From the NCBI RefSeq assembly GCF_000009045.1, contig NC_000964.3, forward strand, positions 2,130,001-2,162,000: 32,000 nt of DNA, written 5' to 3'. Made by a program: the position numbers and the translations under genes. Numbering within the stretch: the stretch's first letter is position 1; every line of letters begins with the position of its first letter. Below the pieces are notes generated by a model. It did no database searches and had not been told where the DNA came from. It was given only the letters and a program-made list of their open reading frames with translations. This DNA comes from Bacillus subtilis subsp. subtilis str. 168. GTDB taxonomy: Bacteria; Bacillota; Bacilli; Bacillales; Bacillaceae. Shown here piece by piece: positions 28,120 through 32,000 of this stretch.

Positions 28120-28332
28120 TTAATCCCCCACCCAGTTTTGGTCATGCATCTTCATGAAGTTAGCTGCTGCCTTCTTGTATCTCAGGTCTTTCTCGTACTC
28201 AGCAACTTGTCTCATATGTTCAATAAATTCATCTTCAAGTCCTTGTAACTGAAGAAACCCAAAGCAAAGACCGTTCCTATAAAGCATGTCGTCATATTTC
28301 GCTTGTAAATCTCTTTCTTTGCTGTTAATAAT
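28120..28332 (-). CDS. about 69-70-aa ORF with a probable ATT initiation codon (55 aa if started at the SD-less ATG 28287)
   Basis: This ORF is not in the track. A strong AAGGAGGAAGAG SD is followed by in-frame ATT ATT. No ATG, GTG or TTG occurs between the upstream stop (28408-28410) and codon 16. Confidence 0.4.
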   Translation of the reverse strand: MINSKERDLQAKYDDMLYRNGLCFGFLQLQGLEDEFIEHMRQVAEYEKDLRYKKAAANFMKMHDQNWVGD

Positions 28333-28373
28333 CTCTTCCTCCTTAAATATTAGATAAAAGTATTCTTTTATTC

Positions 28374-28385
28374 GGAAATATTTCC
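28374..28385. repeat. perfect 12-bp palindrome GGAAATATTTCC overlapping the -35 of the promoter below
   Basis: The palindrome is read directly. It lies in the divergent region between the ATT-start ORF and the 81-aa membrane gene. Confidence 0.7.
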
Positions 28386-28409
28386 AACAAAAATCTTTTA
28401 TGGTAAATT
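28381..28409 (+). promoter_or_regulatory. putative extended -10 sigma-A promoter (TTTCCA-17 nt-TGgTAAATT)
   Basis: The hexamers and the TG motif are read directly, about 30 nt upstream of the TTG at 28439. Confidence 0.45.
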
Positions 28410-28438
28410 AAAAACAATGTATTTAAAGGAGTGTTAAT

Positions 28439-28684
28439 TTGCGAAAAATATTAAAAATCGTTAGCTTACTGATTCTATTGTTATTATTGGTTTATTCTTT
28501 CTTCAGTCCTAATTCACAATTATTTGTGTTCGTTCAGCTAATCATAATTGCATTTTTGATTGGTTTTGGAATTAACTGTTTTGTTAAAAAAGAACGATAC
28601 CAAGGTACTCTATACTTCGTAATTGCAATATGCAACATTACCATTAATCTTGATAAAATAAACGAGTTAATTCAGAGCATTTAA
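28439..28684 (+). CDS. 81-aa three-TM membrane protein (probably yosU)
   Basis: The ORF starts at TTG 5 nt after AAAGGAGTG and is hydrophobic. It has its own promoter and terminator. Confidence 0.7.
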   Translation: MRKILKIVSLLILLLLLVYSFFSPNSQLFVFVQLIIIAFLIGFGINCFVKKERYQGTLYFVIAICNITINLDKINELIQSI

Positions 28685-28698
28685 CTTATACATATATA

Positions 28699-28725
28699 GG
28701 AGGTGGGAAATTACCCACCTTCTTT
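28699..28725. terminator. bidirectional terminator between the 81-aa gene and yosT
   Basis: Stem aggtggg-aaatta-cccacct is followed by T-rich sequence. Confidence 0.75.
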
Positions 28726-29173
28726 ATTGGATAGGAACTAATACTTCACATAAGTGATTATCAATCATTTGTGAAGTATATCTCTCTATAATTGGTTCTC
28801 CTCTCATAGTTAGACTATTTTTTTCTATTTCAGAGAAAATATTGCCCCAAAATTCACTTACTGCCTCTTTTGTATGGTCAAGCAAGAAAACAGCGTATTT
28901 CCCTCCAGGTAACTTACCAACTTGAGCTGGTTGCAGCACATTAAAATCTTCATTTAATACAACACCAACATCATAACGGCATTCCTCTTTAGGAGTAATA
29001 CTTGGATCATCTTGTGGAATTCCTAAAATTACAGAGTTATGAAATACACCATTCAACTGTGCCCACTTTTTAAAAGATTCCATTAGTTCTTTGTTTTGCT
29101 TACCACCATACTCTCCAACGTTTCGGAAATAAGCAATCCTTAATTCAGGTAATTCTTCAATAGTTATTTTCAT
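28724..29173 (-). CDS. yosT: GyrI-like (AraC effector-binding fold) small-molecule-binding protein
   Basis: The 149-aa ORF has an N-terminus (MKITIEELPELRIAYFRNVGEYG) typical of GyrI-like domains. A GAAAGGGGA SD precedes it. Confidence 0.75.
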   Translation of the reverse strand: MKITIEELPELRIAYFRNVGEYGGKQNKELMESFKKWAQLNGVFHNSVILGIPQDDPSITPKEECRYDVGVVLNEDFNVLQPAQVGKLPGGKYAVFLLDHTKEAVSEFWGNIFSEIEKNSLTMRGEPIIERYTSQMIDNHLCEVLVPIQ

Positions 29174-29267
29174 ATTTTAATCCCCTTTCCTAGAAAAAGG
29201 TAATATGATTAAAAATGTTTTTCAAGATGACTTTTAAAATAATCTATATTTCAAATACAAAATCCAA

Positions 29268-29696
29268 TTACTTCGTTCCAGTTGATCCGTGCCCACCTCG
29301 GTCACCGTTGCCTAGACGGTCTACCTCGATCAAGTCAACTGCCGGCATCTTCTTCATAATTCTGAACTGGCAGATTCGATCCCCTTTCTTAATCTTTGTG
29401 TCACGTAACGCATAAGCAGGAAAGAACCAAAAATCGTTGTCACCCTTATAAGACTCATCGATAACACCCATTGAGTTTGTTTGAATCACACCAAAGTTCT
29501 TATACGTACTCGAACGAGGAACGACATGTGCTTCGTAACCTTCAGGCAATTCCATGGCCACTCCCAATGGAACAAGTTTAAATTCATCTTTTTTGATCGC
29601 TACATCTTCAGCTGCACGAAGATCAATCCAATCACCTTGCTCCATTTTGTTAATTCTTGTTTGTGTTTCATCTAAGTATTTGATTTTAATTTGCAT
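29268..29696 (-). CDS. yosS: trimeric dUTPase
   Basis: The 142-aa ORF has dUTPase motifs (AEDV..., [34 protein letters not shown]). Confidence 0.9.
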   Translation of the reverse strand: MQIKIKYLDETQTRINKMEQGDWIDLRAAEDVAIKKDEFKLVPLGVAMELPEGYEAHVVPRSSTYKNFGVIQTNSMGVIDESYKGDNDFWFFPAYALRDTKIKKGDRICQFRIMKKMPAVDLIEVDRLGNGDRGGHGSTGTK

Positions 29697-29741
29697 TATG
29701 TATTAGCTCCTTTTAATTCAAGTTTGTTTAAAATTACCCTT

Positions 29742-29984
29742 TTATCGTAATTCCTTTAGTAACTCATCAAGTTCATTAGGCTTAAAACCAACACTTCGGT
29801 TTACTTCTTCTCCCTGATCACTCAGCAGAATGGTTACCGGTACTCCCATGACACCAAATCTTGCTGCTACTTCTGGTTCCTGTGTAACGTCAACAGTCTC
29901 AAATTGAATATTTACTTGTTCTAAGTAATTGGACACCATTTTACATGGATTGCAATTAGGCTGCTCTAATTTAATTAATCTCAT
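29742..29984 (-). CDS. yosR: thioredoxin/NrdH-like redoxin (CNPC active site)
   Basis: The ATG at 29984 forms an ATGA overlap with the bnrdF stop and gives 80 aa. The thioredoxin fold motifs are CNPC and GVMGVPT. Confidence 0.85.
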
Positions 29985-30389
29985 TGAATACATCCTTTCT
30001 CGGTAAAAATGAAATCTGAATCCTTTAAAGGCTCCACTGTTGCTTTTTTGTATCCATTCCCTTTAGTTGAAAAGAAGTCATGGGATTTAGTCTTAGTGTT
30101 CAAACCATTGATAACAATTGGATTAACATCCTCTTCTTCAAACCAATGATCAAAGCCCAGATTGTTTAAAGCTTTATTTGCGTTGTATCTGATGAATTTC
30201 TTTACATCTGGAGCTAATCCAACCTGATCATAGACATCTTCTGTATACTCCAATTCATTTTCGTAAAGTTCCTGCAGTAAGTTTAAAGCCCATGCGTACA
30301 GTTCTTTTTGCTTCTGTGGCGTTTGCTTCTTATAAATCTCTTGAGCTAACAATCCTACATATACGCCATGTATCGCTTCGTCTCTAATA
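29981..30389 (-). CDS. nrdF: ribonucleotide reductase class Ib beta subunit (bnrdF/yosP), exon 2
   Basis: Exon 2 encodes (I)[19 protein letters not shown]...GCIQ. Exon 1 (581 nt) plus exon 2 (409 nt) total 990 nt, giving 329 aa plus a stop codon. Confidence 0.85.
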
Positions 30390-31197
30390 CCCTTAGTTCA
30401 ACCGAGTTCGCTACTTTCGGTTCGTTGCTCTGTCGCAACCGCCTTACGTTACCGTAAGGAGCAGACTATATCATCATCCCTGTAGGATGCCTCCCGTTTC
30501 GATTTAAGGGGTTCTCACCCACGCCAATAGCTTGCGCCCTACTCGTTTTGCGGAATTTCGCCGCCTATGCGATAGTCGTTGAACGTTCTATGCGATCCCA
30601 TAAAGTCTTCCATCTTCTTTTATGTCGAATTAGACTAACGTAACGAGGATGAAGGCTGTATTTTTCACCAGCTTCAACATTGTTCATTCCAGCAATCAAA
30701 TCATAGATTAAATTTGTTGCCTCCATATTAGTGAGCTTTGACATTGAATTACTTTCTCCAGGTTGTCCTGACATTAATCCAATTTTCATTGCATGTAGAG
30801 TATTTTCTTTAGGTGTAACTATTTCTAAGTTCCGAACGTGGTTGTTTAGTTTATTTCCATCTATGTGGTTTACAAACATTCCTTTTGGTATATCATAAAT
30901 AAAATATTTTGCGACTAACCTATGTACTAAATAGTTCTGTGTTCCTTTTTTCGGATGCGTGTATCCTATCATTTCATAGCCATGTGGAGTAATAAATGTC
31001 TTTCTTGGTTTCTTTAATTTTTTTGATATGATAACTCCCGTTTCCGTTATCCACCAAGGTGCTTCTTCGACTTCTTTCCTTATCATTTTCACCTCCTTTG
31101 GGTTCGCATAGCTTCGCTGCTGATTGTCCTAATAAGGATTTTCCAGCAATTAGAGAGGTTCACATTTGCCGTTGCCGACAAAAGGGACTATTAAATA
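30390..31197 (-). mobile_element. group I intron interrupting bnrdF (about 808 nt)
   Basis: The NrdF reading frame breaks at ...GEIINLI with in-frame stops TAA TAG and resumes at IRDEAIH. I placed the boundaries by the U-before-5'SS and terminal-G rules. They are ambiguous by about 3 nt because of an ATT ATT repeat. The intron contains a free-standing endonuclease ORF. Confidence 0.8.
30565..31086 (-). CDS. yosQ: intron-encoded HNH homing endonuclease
   Basis: The ATG at 31086 follows an AAAGGAGGTG SD and gives 173 aa. The HNH_3 motif is [24 protein letters not shown], and the C-terminus has a helix-turn-helix-like DNA-binding tail. Confidence 0.85.
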
Positions 31198-31778
31198 ATC
31201 AGGTTAATGATCTCTCCACTTTGCATTAACTTTCCTTGTCCATAAAAATAAAGTGGGTAATAAAACCCTGAGTAGAAAAGAAAACTCTCCAGGAACACAG
31301 ATGCAACCATTCCTTTAAATAAAGAAATTTCATCGTTTTTCTTGATTGTTTTATAGACTGAAACAATTGTTCTAGCTTTCTTTTGAAGAAACCTATTGTT
31401 TTTCACCCATTCAAAGACTTCATTGATCTGCTCGGTTGGAGCCAATGTTAGAAAGATGTTGCTGTAAGACTTTGCATGAACAGCATTTTCCATCATGGCC
31501 ATGAAATTTAAAACTGCCTTTCTTTGATGTCCATCTACGTGTTCAGCCACGATCGGCATCCCCGTATTCCCCTGCTCTGTATCAAGAAGCGTAAGTCCGG
31601 CCAGTACCTTCATATAAGTGTCCTGCTCATTTTTTCCGAGGTACTTCCATGTGAGGAGATCGCCGTTTAAAGCAATCTCTTCCGGAAGCCAGAACTGTTT
31701 CACGTTTTGGTTATAGAACATTTGGGTAAAATCGTCTTCATGCTTTGACCAGTTTGCTGCGTCATAAATTTTTGTCAA
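31198..31778 (-). CDS. nrdF: ribonucleotide reductase class Ib beta subunit (bnrdF/yosP), exon 1
   Basis: Exon 1 starts at TTG 9 nt after AAAGGA. It encodes [35 protein letters not shown]... with the di-iron ligand region ...[10 protein letters not shown]. Confidence 0.85.
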
Positions 31779-32000
31779 TTAATCATGTCCTTTCAATTGA
31801 AATATTTTTTTCCGAAAAAAATGCAGTGAATTTAAAAGCTGAATTGACAGACTCCTATATTACTGTCAAACATTCGAAAGGAATGAAAGACAGTGAATTT
31901 TTTAGATAACCTTATATCTTTGTTAGAGAGTACAGTCATTTCAACTGGATGGTTGTGTGATAGGCTTTTATCATGTTTAATCGAATATATTTTGAAGCTT

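Noticed and set aside
31844-31869. Inverted repeat TTGACAG-N12-CTGTCAA as an NrdR box
   Set aside because: The centre (CCTATATTA) only loosely resembles the acaCwAtATaTwGtgt consensus. NrdR boxes normally occur in tandem, and I see only one.
31832-32000. Window-edge minus-strand ORFs (frame ending at 31832, frame ending at 31936)
   Set aside because: Both are open to the window edge. Neither has recognisable similarity, and I cannot tell which, if either, is real without upstream sequence.

Overview
From protein sequences and gene order I recognise this window as the Bacillus subtilis 168-type chromosome, running from yodF into the left arm of prophage SPbeta. No search was run, so gene symbols come from memory. 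Positions 1-22,030 are host DNA. They hold a small membrane ORF plus the yodF symporter behind a TnrA-type box, then ctpA, yodH, yodI, yodJ (ldcB), deoD, yodL, yodM, yozD, yodN and yozE. Next comes the seven-gene minus-strand operon yodT-yodS-yodR-yodQ-yodP-kamA-yokU (lysine 2,3-aminomutase / beta-lysine module) behind a sigma-E-like promoter. This is followed by a YjcZ-type micro-gene, the divergent spore-crust operons cgeCDE and cgeAB, phytase phy, and yodU. yodU is the 5' half of spsM and is cut at 22,031-22,046 by the SPbeta attachment core (attL). From there to the window end the DNA is visibly more AT-rich and phage-like. It carries sprB (yotN, excision directionality factor), a RecU-like nuclease (yotM), an opposite-strand HTH gene (yotL) and a translationally coupled run of small ORFs that includes three Zn-ribbon micro-proteins. 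Further on are a metallophosphoesterase (yotB), the sigma-G-driven spore protein gene sspC, more small ORFs, a GyrI-like protein, a dUTPase (yosS) and a thioredoxin-like protein (yosR). The last gene is the phage ribonucleotide reductase beta gene (bnrdF), split by a group I intron that carries an HNH homing endonuclease (yosQ). I saw no rRNA, tRNA or CRISPR. Most of the window is well-described biology. The less-explained items are SD-led micro-ORFs missing from the ORF track (one Cys-rich), two ORFs whose only SD-proximal start is ATT, three opposite-strand moron-like cassettes, repeat or palindrome elements in prophage intergenic regions, and the unresolved biochemical logic of the kamA operon.
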